Assembly: GCA_963696735.1 (NCBI GenBank)
Contig: CAVOLG010000008.1
Location: 361,069 to 425,068, forward strand
Length of the DNA: 64,000 nt
Reading direction: 5' to 3'
From: an uncultured Actinomycetes bacterium
GTDB lineage: Bacteria > Actinomycetota > Thermoleophilia > Gaiellales > JALYLC01
A model generated the notes under the pieces. The model did no database searches. It was not told the origin of the DNA and saw only the letters and a program-made list of their open reading frames with translations. The translations under genes and the position numbers were made by a program. Shown here in pieces: positions 1 through 9,221 of this stretch (positions within the stretch are counted from its first letter, which is position 1; the number at the start of each line of letters is the position of its first letter).

Positions 1-1032
1 CGCCTGGTGCTGATCGATCCCCTCGAGGGCGGGGACGTCGGCCCCATCGACGAGCTCGTCGCCGACCCCGAGGTCCAGCTGGTCATGCACGCACCGTCGG
101 CCGACCTCGGCCTCTTCGCCATGCGCGAGGACACGAAGGCCACGCGCGTGTTCGACACCCAGGTCGCGGCCGGCTTCGTCGGGCTCGGCTCCGGGCTGTC
201 CCTGACCCGGCTCGTCCGAGCGGCCCTGGGGGCCGTGCTCGAGCACGACGAGACCTTCAGCGACTGGCGCCGCCGCCCCCTGAGCGACACCCAGCTGGCC
301 TACGCGGCGGACGACGTTCGCTACCTGCTGCCGCTGGCCGACGAGATCGAGCGCCGCCTCCACGACCTCGGCCGGGACCGCTGGGCGGCCGACGAGCTTC
401 ACCGCCGCTACGGCGATCCCGAGGCCATCGTGGCCGACCCGGAGGAAGCCTGGCGCCGTGTGCAGCGGCGCGGGCGCCTGAACGCCCGGCAGCTTGCCGT
501 GCTGCGCGAGCTTGCGGCCTGGCGGGAGCGCGAGGCCCGCCGCCGCGACCGGCCCGTGGGCTGGATCGTGCGGGACGCGAGCCTCATCGAGCTCGCCCGA
601 GCTCAGCCGGCCACGCCCGAGTCGGTCAAGCGCATCCGCGGCCTGGAGAGCGTGCGCGCCCCCGATCTGGAGGCCCTGGGGGAGGCCGTCAAGCGCGGAC
701 GTGAGGCGGAGCCCGTCCGCCTCCCGCGCGAGCCTGGAGGCGAGCTCGGGCACCGCATCGCCGTGGGCTCGGCCCTCGCGGCCGTGCTTCTTCGGGCCCG
801 GTGCGAGGGCGCCGGTCTGGCCCCGGAGCTCGTGGCCAGCCGCGCCGACCTCGAGGACCTCGTGCGCTCGCTGCTCACCGGGTCCGCCGACGGCCATCCC
901 CTGGCCACGGGGTGGCGGGCGGAGCTCGTCGGAGACGAGCTGCGCGAGCTGGTGGCCGGCCGCATCGCCCTGGCCACCCGCGCAGACCCGCCCCACGTCA
1001 CCACCATGCCGCTGCCCGACTCCGACGCCTGA
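1..1032 (+). CDS. rnd: ribonuclease D (DEDD 3'-5' exonuclease + HRDC); N-terminus lies outside the window
   Basis: ORF 7..1032 stays open in frame back to base 1. It has exonuclease blocks HAPSADLGLF, FDTQVAAGF and YAADDVRYLLPL, then an HRDC-like segment LAVLRELAAWREREARRRDRP. Confidence 0.8.
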   Translation, partial: RLVLIDPLEGGDVGPIDELVADPEVQLVMHAPSADLGLFAMREDTKATRVFDTQVAAGFVGLGSGLSLTRLVRAALGAVLEHDETFSDWRRRPLSDTQLAYAADDVRYLLPLADEIERRLHDLGRDRWAADELHRRYGDPEAIVADPEEAWRRVQRRGRLNARQLAVLRELAAWREREARRRDRPVGWIVRDASLIELARAQPATPESVKRIRGLESVRAPDLEALGEAVKRGREAEPVRLPREPGGELGHRIAVGSALAAVLLRARCEGAGLAPELVASRADLEDLVRSLLTGSADGHPLATGWRAELVGDELRELVAGRIALATRADPPHVTTMPLPDSDA

Positions 1033-1053
1033 CCTCGGTCGGCTTCCGGGCGG

Positions 1054-2826
1054 TTGGATATCGTCCGTGACGTGCCCCGGACCGACCGCAAGCGGTACGC
1101 ACCGCCCGCGGACGCGGGCGCCGCCGCCCCGCCCGCGACCGCCGTGTTCCGTTCCACGCGCCGAACCGAGGCCTGGATCGCGCTGGTCGTGGCCGCCGTC
1201 CTGTCACTGGCCATGGCCGGGCTGCCCGGGGTCGACTCGGCCGCGCACCTGTACCAGACGGGCGCCTTCCAGCACTTCGGCTGGCGGCTCTGGAACAACT
1301 ACTGGTACGCGGGGCGCTACGAGCTCATCAACTACAGCCTGCTGTTCTATCCCGTGGCCGCCACGGTCGGCGCCTTCGCGCTCGCGGTGGCCTCCGTGGT
1401 GAGCTCGGCCGCCCTGTTCGCGTGGCTCGTGGTGGGGCAGTGGGGGCGGCCGGCCCGGTGGTCGGCCCGCATCTTCGCCGCCACGTGGCCGTTCGTGCTT
1501 CTCGCCGGCCAGTACCCGTTCGCCCTCGGCGCGGCCTTCGCCCTGGCGGCCCTGTGCCTGCTGCAGAAAGACCGGCTCTGGCTCGGTGTGGGCGCGGCGG
1601 CGCTGTGTCTCCTGGCCAGCCCGCTGGCGTTCCTGCTCCTGGGCGCCTCGGTGAGCGGGTTCCTGATCACGCACCGCGACCGGTCCTGGCTGCGGCGGCG
1701 GCGCACGCTTGCGCCCCTCATCGTCGTGCTCCTGCTCGGCCTCACCGAGTTCGTCATCGTCCGCGCCTTCCCGAGCGGGGGGACGTTCCCGTACCCCTAC
1801 CTCGACCTCTTCGGGATCACCGCGTTCTCGGTGGCGGGCTGGCTCTTCGCCCGCGGCACGGAGCGGACGCGGCCCCTGGCGGGCCTGTTCGTGGCCTTCC
1901 TCATCCTGGGCTGGACGGCGAAGGTGTTCCCCTCCGCGCTGGGCGGCAACTCCACGCGCATCCTCGACTACATCTCGGCCCCGCTCCTGGCCCTGGTCAT
2001 CGCCCTGCGCGGGTACCGGCCACGGGCGCTCGCCGTCATCGCCCTCGGGGTGGCCCTCGTGTGGCAGGCCACGCCTGCGATCCGGAACGCCATCGGCATC
2101 AGCGCCGAGAAGGCCAGCGCGGCCACCTTCTGGCGCACGCCGATCCACTTCTTCGACAACCCGGCCCACCGCAACCACAACTTCCGGGTCGAGGTCGTGG
2201 CCACGTGGGGCCACTGGGAGTCGCTCTACCTGGCCGGGCGCGGCATCCCCCTGGTGCGAGGCTGGTTCCGGCAGGACGACTTCCCCCAGAACCGGCTCTT
2301 CTACGGCGGGAAGATCGACGCCCGTTCGTACCGGGCGTGGCTCCGCGCGACCGGTGTGCGCTACGTCCTGTTGCCACGGGACGAGCTCGATGACTCGGCC
2401 CGGCCCGAGGCGGCGCTGCTGCGCAGCGGCCACAGCGGCCTGCGGGTCATCGAGAAGAAGGCCCGCTGGACCATCTACGAGCTGCCGCACGCGACCCCGA
2501 TCCTGACCCCGCCGCCGGGCGCTCCGGCCGGCACGGCGGCCACCACCGAGGTGCTGCGCCTGAGCGGCGACAGCATCGTGGCCTGGGCGCCCGTGCGCGG
2601 GCAGTACCGCCTGCGCGTCCGGTACACGCCGTACTGGCGCGTCGACGACCCGGCCGCGGCCTGCGTCCAGGCCGGCTCTGACGGGATGTCGCAGCTCTGG
2701 GTCGAGCGGCCCGGGCCGGTGAAGATCGACTTCACCTTCTCCCTCGGCAAGGCGGCGAGCGCTGTCGACGGCTCGAGCGGTGACTCCTGCCAGACAGCCT
2801 TCCCTCCGGTGCGGCCCGCCCGTTGA
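1054..2826 (+). CDS. polytopic integral membrane protein with a soluble C-terminal domain, function unknown
   Basis: 590-aa ORF. Many long hydrophobic segments run through about residue 330, followed by a non-hydrophobic region of about 250 aa. No family recognised with certainty. Confidence 0.6.
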   Translation: MDIVRDVPRTDRKRYAPPADAGAAAPPATAVFRSTRRTEAWIALVVAAVLSLAMAGLPGVDSAAHLYQTGAFQHFGWRLWNNYWYAGRYELINYSLLFYPVAATVGAFALAVASVVSSAALFAWLVVGQWGRPARWSARIFAATWPFVLLAGQYPFALGAAFALAALCLLQKDRLWLGVGAAALCLLASPLAFLLLGASVSGFLITHRDRSWLRRRRTLAPLIVVLLLGLTEFVIVRAFPSGGTFPYPYLDLFGITAFSVAGWLFARGTERTRPLAGLFVAFLILGWTAKVFPSALGGNSTRILDYISAPLLALVIALRGYRPRALAVIALGVALVWQATPAIRNAIGISAEKASAATFWRTPIHFFDNPAHRNHNFRVEVVATWGHWESLYLAGRGIPLVRGWFRQDDFPQNRLFYGGKIDARSYRAWLRATGVRYVLLPRDELDDSARPEAALLRSGHSGLRVIEKKARWTIYELPHATPILTPPPGAPAGTAATTEVLRLSGDSIVAWAPVRGQYRLRVRYTPYWRVDDPAAACVQAGSDGMSQLWVERPGPVKIDFTFSLGKAASAVDGSSGDSCQTAFPPVRPAR

Positions 2827-3956
2827 ACGGCCGGCGTGCCTGGGCATCCGGCATCGCCGGGCTCGGGCTCCTCGTCGCTCCGATGGTGGCCGCCGCCGGC
2901 CACGGCTCCGGCCGTGAGGTCGTTGACCTCGAGGCGCGCCCCGCGGCCGTCAGCCTCGCCCCGCTCGGGGGCGGCCGGGGCTTCGCCGCGGCCTACGACG
3001 ACCGCCTGAACACGCCTGCCCTGCGCTACGCCCAGCGGGGGCCGCAGGGCTGGGTCACATCGGTGGTGGCGTCCTCGATCAACGGGCAGCGCGTGGGCCG
3101 CGAGCCCTCCCTGGCCATCTCCCGGACCGGCCTCCGCCTCCTCGCCTTTCGCTCCGATCTCAGCCTCGATCCCGGGCCTGCGGACGGCAGCCTGTACGCC
3201 GCGCGCGCGACGGCCACCGGGCCGTGGGCCATCGACCGCATCGACGCCGACGGCTTCGGGGCCCAGGCCGCCTTCGACCGCGCGGGCCATGCGGCGGTGG
3301 CCTACCTGGCCAGGGTGGGCGAGGGGAACCAGGCCGACGTCCGGGTGGCGCGGCTGGTCGGCGGGGCATGGACGGTGCAGACGGTCGAGACCACCACCTT
3401 CCTCCAGGCCCGCAGCCACGCCAACGCCAGTCGTGTCGGGCTGGCCTTCGACGCCGCCGACCGCCCGTGGGTGGCCTACGTCGACCCGGTCACGCACTCC
3501 CTGCGGGTGGTCACCCCCGGCCATCCCTCCCTGCGCGTGGGGACCGTGCCGGCGACCGCCGCCCAGGCCGCCATCGCCTTCGGCCCGGGCGGGCGCGAGG
3601 TGGCCGTGGCCTCGGGCCTGGCGTTCGGGCAGCGAGGGATGTCCATCTCCGAGCGCCGCGGCGCCGGCCGCTGGCACATGCTGCGGGCCGGCGGCGACGG
3701 CGCCACGGCGCCGTCTGTCATCGGCTTCGACCACGGGCGCCCCCTCGTGGCCTACCGCGACGACGACGGGGCCGCGGTGGCCATGCAGCGCCACTTCTTC
3801 GGCTGGTTCCACGTCGCGCGTCTGCTCTCGGAGCGCTACCAGCCGTCGCTGACGACGGGCTCGGTGGGCGTGGCGAGGGCGGGATCATCGCTGGGCGTCG
3901 CCCTCGTGGTCCCTCGAGGACTCCTCGTCTTCGTCTCCCGCCCACTGCCGTCTTGA
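2823..3956 (+). CDS. secreted hypothetical protein (repetitive beta-rich pattern)
   Basis: 377-aa ORF overlapping the upstream stop. Signal-like N-terminus GIAGLGLLVAPMVAAAGHG. Recurring ...VAY.. / ..RVG.. strand-like motifs. The start codon (TTG 2823 or ATG 2883) is uncertain. Confidence 0.5.
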   Translation: MNGRRAWASGIAGLGLLVAPMVAAAGHGSGREVVDLEARPAAVSLAPLGGGRGFAAAYDDRLNTPALRYAQRGPQGWVTSVVASSINGQRVGREPSLAISRTGLRLLAFRSDLSLDPGPADGSLYAARATATGPWAIDRIDADGFGAQAAFDRAGHAAVAYLARVGEGNQADVRVARLVGGAWTVQTVETTTFLQARSHANASRVGLAFDAADRPWVAYVDPVTHSLRVVTPGHPSLRVGTVPATAAQAAIAFGPGGREVAVASGLAFGQRGMSISERRGAGRWHMLRAGGDGATAPSVIGFDHGRPLVAYRDDDGAAVAMQRHFFGWFHVARLLSERYQPSLTTGSVGVARAGSSLGVALVVPRGLLVFVSRPLPS

Positions 3957-4056
3957 GCCTCGGTCCACCGATTCGCGAGGGCCGGATGACCTGTCGGCGG
4001 CGCCTCGGCCGCGCCCGACAGGCCCCCGGCGGTCACGCGACTCGATGGACCGAGGC
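3957..4056 (+). other. about 100-nt nested inverted-repeat (hairpin) element in an intergenic region; possible U-less terminator or structured RNA
   Basis: Outer arms GCCTCGGTCCA (3957-3967) and TGGACCGAGGC (4046-4056). Inner arms CCTGTCGG (3990-3997) and CCGACAGG (4015-4022). It starts one base after the stop of the 2823..3956 ORF. Confidence 0.35.
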
Positions 4057-4121
4057 TTCGATCCGCTCCCGTCTCTAGACTCCGGCGCCGGGGTCCGCGC
4101 TCGACCAGGGAGTTCCATCTG

Positions 4122-5498
4122 GTGCTTCGCCGCTTCTGCCTGTTCGCGATCGTCCTCGCGGCCGTCTCGGCCGCGACGGCGGCCGGTGCCCGCGCGGACT
4201 GGTGGACGTGGGGCAATGGCCCGGCCCGCACCGGGCTGGCCAACACGTCGAAGCTCACGGCGGCGAGGGTGGGGAGCTTGCACGTGGCCTACCGGCGGCC
4301 CCTCGGCGGGGTGTCCGACGCGCAGCCCCTGGAGGTCGCCGCGGCGCCGGGCGGTCCCACGCGCAACCTCTACATCGCGGCGAGCGAGAGTGGCCGGGTC
4401 ACGGCCGTGGCCGCCGCCACCGGCGCCGTGGTGTGGCGGGCCGAGCTCGGCGTCACGCAGACGACCTGTCCGCAGCTTCCCGGCGGGACGTTCGGGATCA
4501 CGGGCTCGCCGACGTACGACGCCACCCGCCACGCCGTATTCGTGGCCGCGGCCAACACCCTCGTGGCCCTCGACGTGCGCACCGGGGCCGTGCTCCCCGG
4601 CTGGCCCGTGACCCTGTCCTTCAACCCCGCGCGCGAGCACGTGTGGGGGGCGCTGGCCCAGCGCGGGGCGACCGTGTACGAGGCGACCGCTTCGTTCTGC
4701 GACCGGCCGCCGTACAAGGGCCGTGTGGTCGCGGTGAACGTCGACACGAAGGCCGTCACCGAGTGGGATGCCGTGCCGGTCCCGGGAGTGGACGGCGGCG
4801 GCGGGATCTGGGGCTGGGGTGGGGCGTCGATCGACCCCGCGAACGGCCACGTGTGGGTGGCCACGGGCAACTCCATCGATGTCGCGGGCGAGGCATTCGA
4901 CGACGCCGAGTCGGTGGTCGAGCTCGGCCCCGACCTGCACCGCATCCAGGGCACCCATGCCCCGGGCGTCCCCGGTGCGGGGGACTACGACTTCGGGGCC
5001 ACGCCGCTCCTCTTCCAGTCGAAGAGCTGCGGCCCGCTCGTGGCCGCACTCAACAAGAACGGCTCGCTGTACCTGTGGTCGCGGAGCGACCTGCGCCGGC
5101 TGCGCCAGCGCATGCAGCTGGCTTTCCCGGCCGGGCTCTACGGGCTCCCTGCCTGGGACCCCCGGACGCAGACCCTGTTCGTGACAACGACGCAGGGCTA
5201 CCGGGGCGTGCCGCCCGGCCTCTCGGCCCTGCGCCTGCGCGGCTGCCACCTCACGCGGATCTGGACCAAGCCGCTCGGCGGCACGCTGTCCTCGGCGCCC
5301 ACCGTCGCGAACAACGTGGTGCTGGTGGCGACGGGCATCGGCCGCCTGCGCATCTACCGGACGACTGACGGCAGCCGCCTGGCCGACCTGCCGATCGGGT
5401 CACCCGCGTTCGCTGCTCCCATCGCCGTCGGGCCGGATGTCGCCGTGACGACCTGGGGCCGGCGCGAGCTCGTGGTCTTCCGCCTTCGGAACGCCTGA
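4122..5498 (+). CDS. secreted PQQ-like / BamB-like beta-propeller repeat protein
   Basis: 458-aa ORF. Signal peptide MLRRFCLFAIVLAAVSAATAAGARA. Repeated ...G.V.A.DA.TG...W.. style propeller blades (SGRVTAVAAATGAVVWRAELG, LVALDVRTGAVLPGW). Confidence 0.65.
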   Translation: MLRRFCLFAIVLAAVSAATAAGARADWWTWGNGPARTGLANTSKLTAARVGSLHVAYRRPLGGVSDAQPLEVAAAPGGPTRNLYIAASESGRVTAVAAATGAVVWRAELGVTQTTCPQLPGGTFGITGSPTYDATRHAVFVAAANTLVALDVRTGAVLPGWPVTLSFNPAREHVWGALAQRGATVYEATASFCDRPPYKGRVVAVNVDTKAVTEWDAVPVPGVDGGGGIWGWGGASIDPANGHVWVATGNSIDVAGEAFDDAESVVELGPDLHRIQGTHAPGVPGAGDYDFGATPLLFQSKSCGPLVAALNKNGSLYLWSRSDLRRLRQRMQLAFPAGLYGLPAWDPRTQTLFVTTTQGYRGVPPGLSALRLRGCHLTRIWTKPLGGTLSSAPTVANNVVLVATGIGRLRIYRTTDGSRLADLPIGSPAFAAPIAVGPDVAVTTWGRRELVVFRLRNA

Positions 5499-5562
5499 GA
5501 CGCCTTCGGAACGAGTGACGGCCGGCTGCAGGATCGGCTCTAACCTGCCGATACCTGTGCGC

Positions 5563-6174
5563 ATGTCCCGTGGCTTCAGCATCCTCGACGAGGTCGCCGT
5601 CGACCCGCACGCCGCCGAGGCGGCGCTGTCGCGCCTGTCGGGACGGGTCCGCGAGGGACTGGCTCTGGCCGGGTGCGCCGTCCTCGGCGGCCTCGCCGCC
5701 GCCGCCCTCGGCCACCTCACCCTCGTGGTGCCCGCGCTGGCCGGCGCCCTGGCCGGCATCTACGTGGCCGTCACGGCCCGAAGCGACCGCTCCGCGCTGG
5801 TCGCTCGCCTCGTCGGCCAGCGGTCGGCCTATGCCATCCCGGCCGTGGCCAATGCCGCGCGCCGCCTGTCGACCCTCGAGCGCCGCCGCCGGCTCTCGCG
5901 CTCGCTCAGCCGGCTCGTGCTCGAGGCGGCCGAGCTGGAGCCCCGCAGCATCACCGCCTCGCCGCTGCCGGCACGCGTCCTGGCCTACGGCGACGAGGTC
6001 CTGGCCGTGGCCTTCCTGCTCGCCCAGGAGCGGGTGAAGGTCCACCCGGCCAGCATCGCCCTGCTCGACCGCCTGCTCTCGAGCCCGATGCGAAGCCCGC
6101 TGTTCAACCCGCACGTGCCCGAGCAGCATCTCCGCCTGGCCCTGCAGCGCGTCCGCGCTGCCATCACGAGCTAG
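5563..6174 (+). CDS. hypothetical protein with one central hydrophobic region; distant paralogue of the 53897..54367 product
   Basis: ATG at 5563 within ORF 5515..6174. Hydrophobic stretch LALAGCAVLGGLAAAALGHLTLVVPALAGALAGIYVAV. The C-terminal half resembles the 156-aa protein upstream of kdpF. Confidence 0.5.
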   Translation: MSRGFSILDEVAVDPHAAEAALSRLSGRVREGLALAGCAVLGGLAAAALGHLTLVVPALAGALAGIYVAVTARSDRSALVARLVGQRSAYAIPAVANAARRLSTLERRRRLSRSLSRLVLEAAELEPRSITASPLPARVLAYGDEVLAVAFLLAQERVKVHPASIALLDRLLSSPMRSPLFNPHVPEQHLRLALQRVRAAITS

Positions 6175-7664
6175 CCGCCGACGGCCGGCGGGCCCCGACC
6201 TCCCGGGCCTTCAGGGCCAGCCAGAACTCGAGCCGGTCCTGGGCGTTCGTCAGGTCGCGGCCGGTGAGCTCCTCGATCCGCCCGATCCGGTAGCGCAGCG
6301 TGTGGCGGTGCACGAACAGGCGCGCCGCGGCGTCGGCCCAGCGGCCGTTGGCCTCGATGTAGGCCTCGAGCGACCGGCACAGGTGTGAGTGGCTCGCCCG
6401 GTCGTGCGCCTCGAGCGGCCCCAGGACGGCGTCGCAGAAGAGCTCCACGCCCCGCGGGTCCTGGAGGGCGAGGATGAGGCGGAGCGAGCCGAGGTCCGCC
6501 GGCGTTCCCACCCGGGAGCCGGGCGCCGGCATCGCGGCCCGCGACTCGAGGGCGTACACGGCCTCGTCGTAGGCCCGGCGGAGGTCGGCCGCCCGGGTGC
6601 GGGGCTCGCCCACCCCGCAGGAGAGGTCGGCCGCGCCGTCGCCGTCGAGCGCGTCGAGGAGGCTCTCCGCCGCCGTGCGGGCATCCGCCGGCGAGGTGGC
6701 CTCGAGGAGCACGCAGACACCGCCGTCGCGGGGCGCGGCGATGCCCAGGCGCCCGGTCTCGCCCAGGGCGTCGGCCGTCCGCCGGTGGAGCACGTCCGGC
6801 GCCACCCCGCGACCGCGCACGAGGGCGAACGTGAGCGGCCGCTCGCCGAGCCCGAAGACGCGGATCTGCCGCTCGAGCTCGCGCTCGGGCAGGCTGCCGT
6901 CGAGCAGCTCGTCGATGAGATCGCCGGCCAGCCGGCGCTCGGTCTCGAGCACCGCCTGGCGCTTGAGGAGCTCGAGGGCCAGCACCGTGCGCACGTGGCC
7001 CAGGAGCACGAGGGAGCCCTCGTCGAGGGGCGCGCTCGCGCCCTGTACCTCGAGCGTGGCCCCGCGCTCGCCGTTCGACCCGACCTCGAGCCGCGTCGGC
7101 CTGCCGGGCCATCCCGTCGGGGCCGGGCGCGCGGGCCAAGACGTGGCCGGCGCTGTCACGCAGCACGAGCCCGAAGCCGGTGAGCTGCGCAGCCTCGGCG
7201 AGCATGGCCTCGAGGCCGCGCTCGGCCAGGACGAGCGCCGTCAGCCGCTCGTGCACGTCGAGGGCGCGACGGTGGGCGGCCGCCTGCTCGTTGACGAGGC
7301 GCGTCATGGCCACCTCGGTCACGGCCACGTACGGCACCTCGTAGGGGATCGTGAAGATGGGGAGGCCGCACCTGTCCGCCGCCTCCCGCAGGGCGGCCGG
7401 CACCTCGTCGTGCCCGAGGCCGAGGGCGAAGCCGATGCCGGCGCAGCCGACGCCGTCCAGGTTCGCGGCGAAGCGCGTGCAGGACGCCTCGTCATGCAGC
7501 GCGAGCCCCGTGGTGAGCATGAGCTCGCCGCCCTTCAGCCAGGGCGTCGGGTCCACGAGCTCGGTGGAGGAGAGCCAGCGCACGCGCCGCCCGGCTCCCT
7601 CCGCGCCGGCCACGATCTCGAGCCCGAGCCCGGGTTGGGCGACCAGCTCTCCGATCGTGAGCAC
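6164..7664 (-). CDS. PucR-family transcriptional regulator, reading frame broken once (about 7140-7160)
   Basis: The N-terminal purine-catabolism-regulator-like part (MLTIGELVAQPGLGLEIVAG...WLKGGELMLTTG) is in the frame of ORF 6171..7664. The C-terminal PucR HTH (LFVHRHTLRYRIGRIEELTGRDL) is in the frame of ORF 6164..7159. Confidence 0.75.
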
Positions 7665-7671
7665 GGCGGCG

Positions 7672-9078
7672 TCAGCCCAGGCGCATGCGGTCCTCGGCCA
7701 GGCTCAGGACCCGGTCGAGGATGGCCACGGCCTCGTCGATGTGCTCGCGCGTGCCGATCAGCGGCGGCGAGAGCTGGATCACGGGGTCGCCGCGGTCGTC
7801 CGCGCGGCAGATCAGGCCCGCCTCGAACAGCTGGGGCGAGAGGAACTCGCGCAGGAGCGTGTGCGCACTCCGCGCGCTAGAACGTCTCGCGCGTGGCCTT
7901 GTCGCTTGCACGAGCTCGAGCGACTTGAAGTAGCCCGCCCCGCGCACGTCGCCGACGATGGCGTGGCGCGACCTGCAGGCCGACGAGCTGCGTCGTGGAA
8001 GTACGCCTCGTTGGCGCGCACGTTGCGCGAGCGACGTCCTCGCGCTCCATGATCTCGAGGTTGCGCAGCGCCGACCGCCGTCGCCACCGGGTGGCCGCCG
8101 AAGGTGATGCCGTGCATCCAGTACTCGCCGCGCCAGGAACGGCTCGGCCACGCGGTCGGAGATCAGCACCGCGCCGAGCGGCTGGTAGCCGCTCGTGAGG
8201 CCCTTGGCGCACGTGATGAGGTCGGGCTCGTAGTCGTAGCGCATGGCGCCGAACCACTCGCCGAGCCGCCCGAACGCCGCAGATCACCTCGTCGGCGACC
8301 TGCAGGACGCCGTAGTGGTCGCAGATCTCGCGCACGCGCCGGTGGTAGTCGGGGTGCGGCGTGAAGCGTCCCGCCCGAGTTCTGGACGGGCTCCATGATC
8401 ACCATGGCGACGGTCTCGGGGCCCTCGAACTCGATCGTCTCGGCCACCTCGTCGGCGCACGCCGAGCGTGCACTCGTCCTGGTCCGCGCAGTACTTGCAG
8501 CGGTAGCGGTTCGTGTTCGCCACGTGCCGCACGCCGGCGATCAGCGGCTCGAACGGGCGTGCGGATGGACGTGATGCCCGTGATCGAGAGCGCGCCCATC
8601 GTGGTGCCGTGGTAGGCGAGCTTGCGGGCGATCACCTTGCGCCGCATCGGCTCGCCGCGGTGCTGCGTGGTACTGGCGGGCGAGCTTCCAGGCCGCCTCG
8701 ACGGCCTCGCGAGCCGCCCGAGACGAAGAACGAGCGCGGTTGATGCTCGGCGGCGTCAGCTCGGCGAGCTGGTCGGCGAGCTCGATGGCCGGCGGGTGCG
8801 CGTACGTCCAGTTGGTGTAGAACGGCAGCTGGCGCATCTGCTCGGCGCCACCTGGCCGAGCTCCTCGCCGTGCGAGTAGCCGATCTGGACGGTGAAGAGG
8901 CCGCGCGAGCATGTCGAGGTAGCGCCGGCCGTGCGTGTCGAACAGGTACGGGCCCTCGCCGCGCTCGATGATCGGGATGTCGCGGTCGCGGTAGACGCCC
9001 ATGGCCGAGAAGTGCAGCCAGAGATGCTCCTTGCGCCTTGCGCTGCAGCTCGACGTGCTCGCTCGCCTCGATCGCCAT
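7672..9078 (-). pseudogene. class-III (omega) aminotransferase, many frameshifts
   Basis: Recognisable pieces are scattered over at least 5 ORF fragments (8541..9002, 8399..8647, 8163..8447, 7877..8335, 7672..8244). Examples: GVYRDRDIPIIERGEGPYLFDTHGRRYLDML, VSGGSEAVEAAWKLARQYH, KLAYHGTTMGALSITG, DEVICG, LITCAKGLTSGYQPLGAVLISDRVAEPF. ATG at 9078 is preceded by GGAGGGGG. Confidence 0.75.
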
Positions 9079-9221
9079 CCGACCCCCTCCTCGACTGCTC
9101 GTACGCTCGTGAACGCCGGCTGAGCCTACGCATCGCCGGTCCAGGGCTTTTGTCCACGTTGGACACGTCCCGGCGCGCGCCCATCCACTGATCGTCCCTC
9201 CGCCCCACGAGGAGCGACCGC

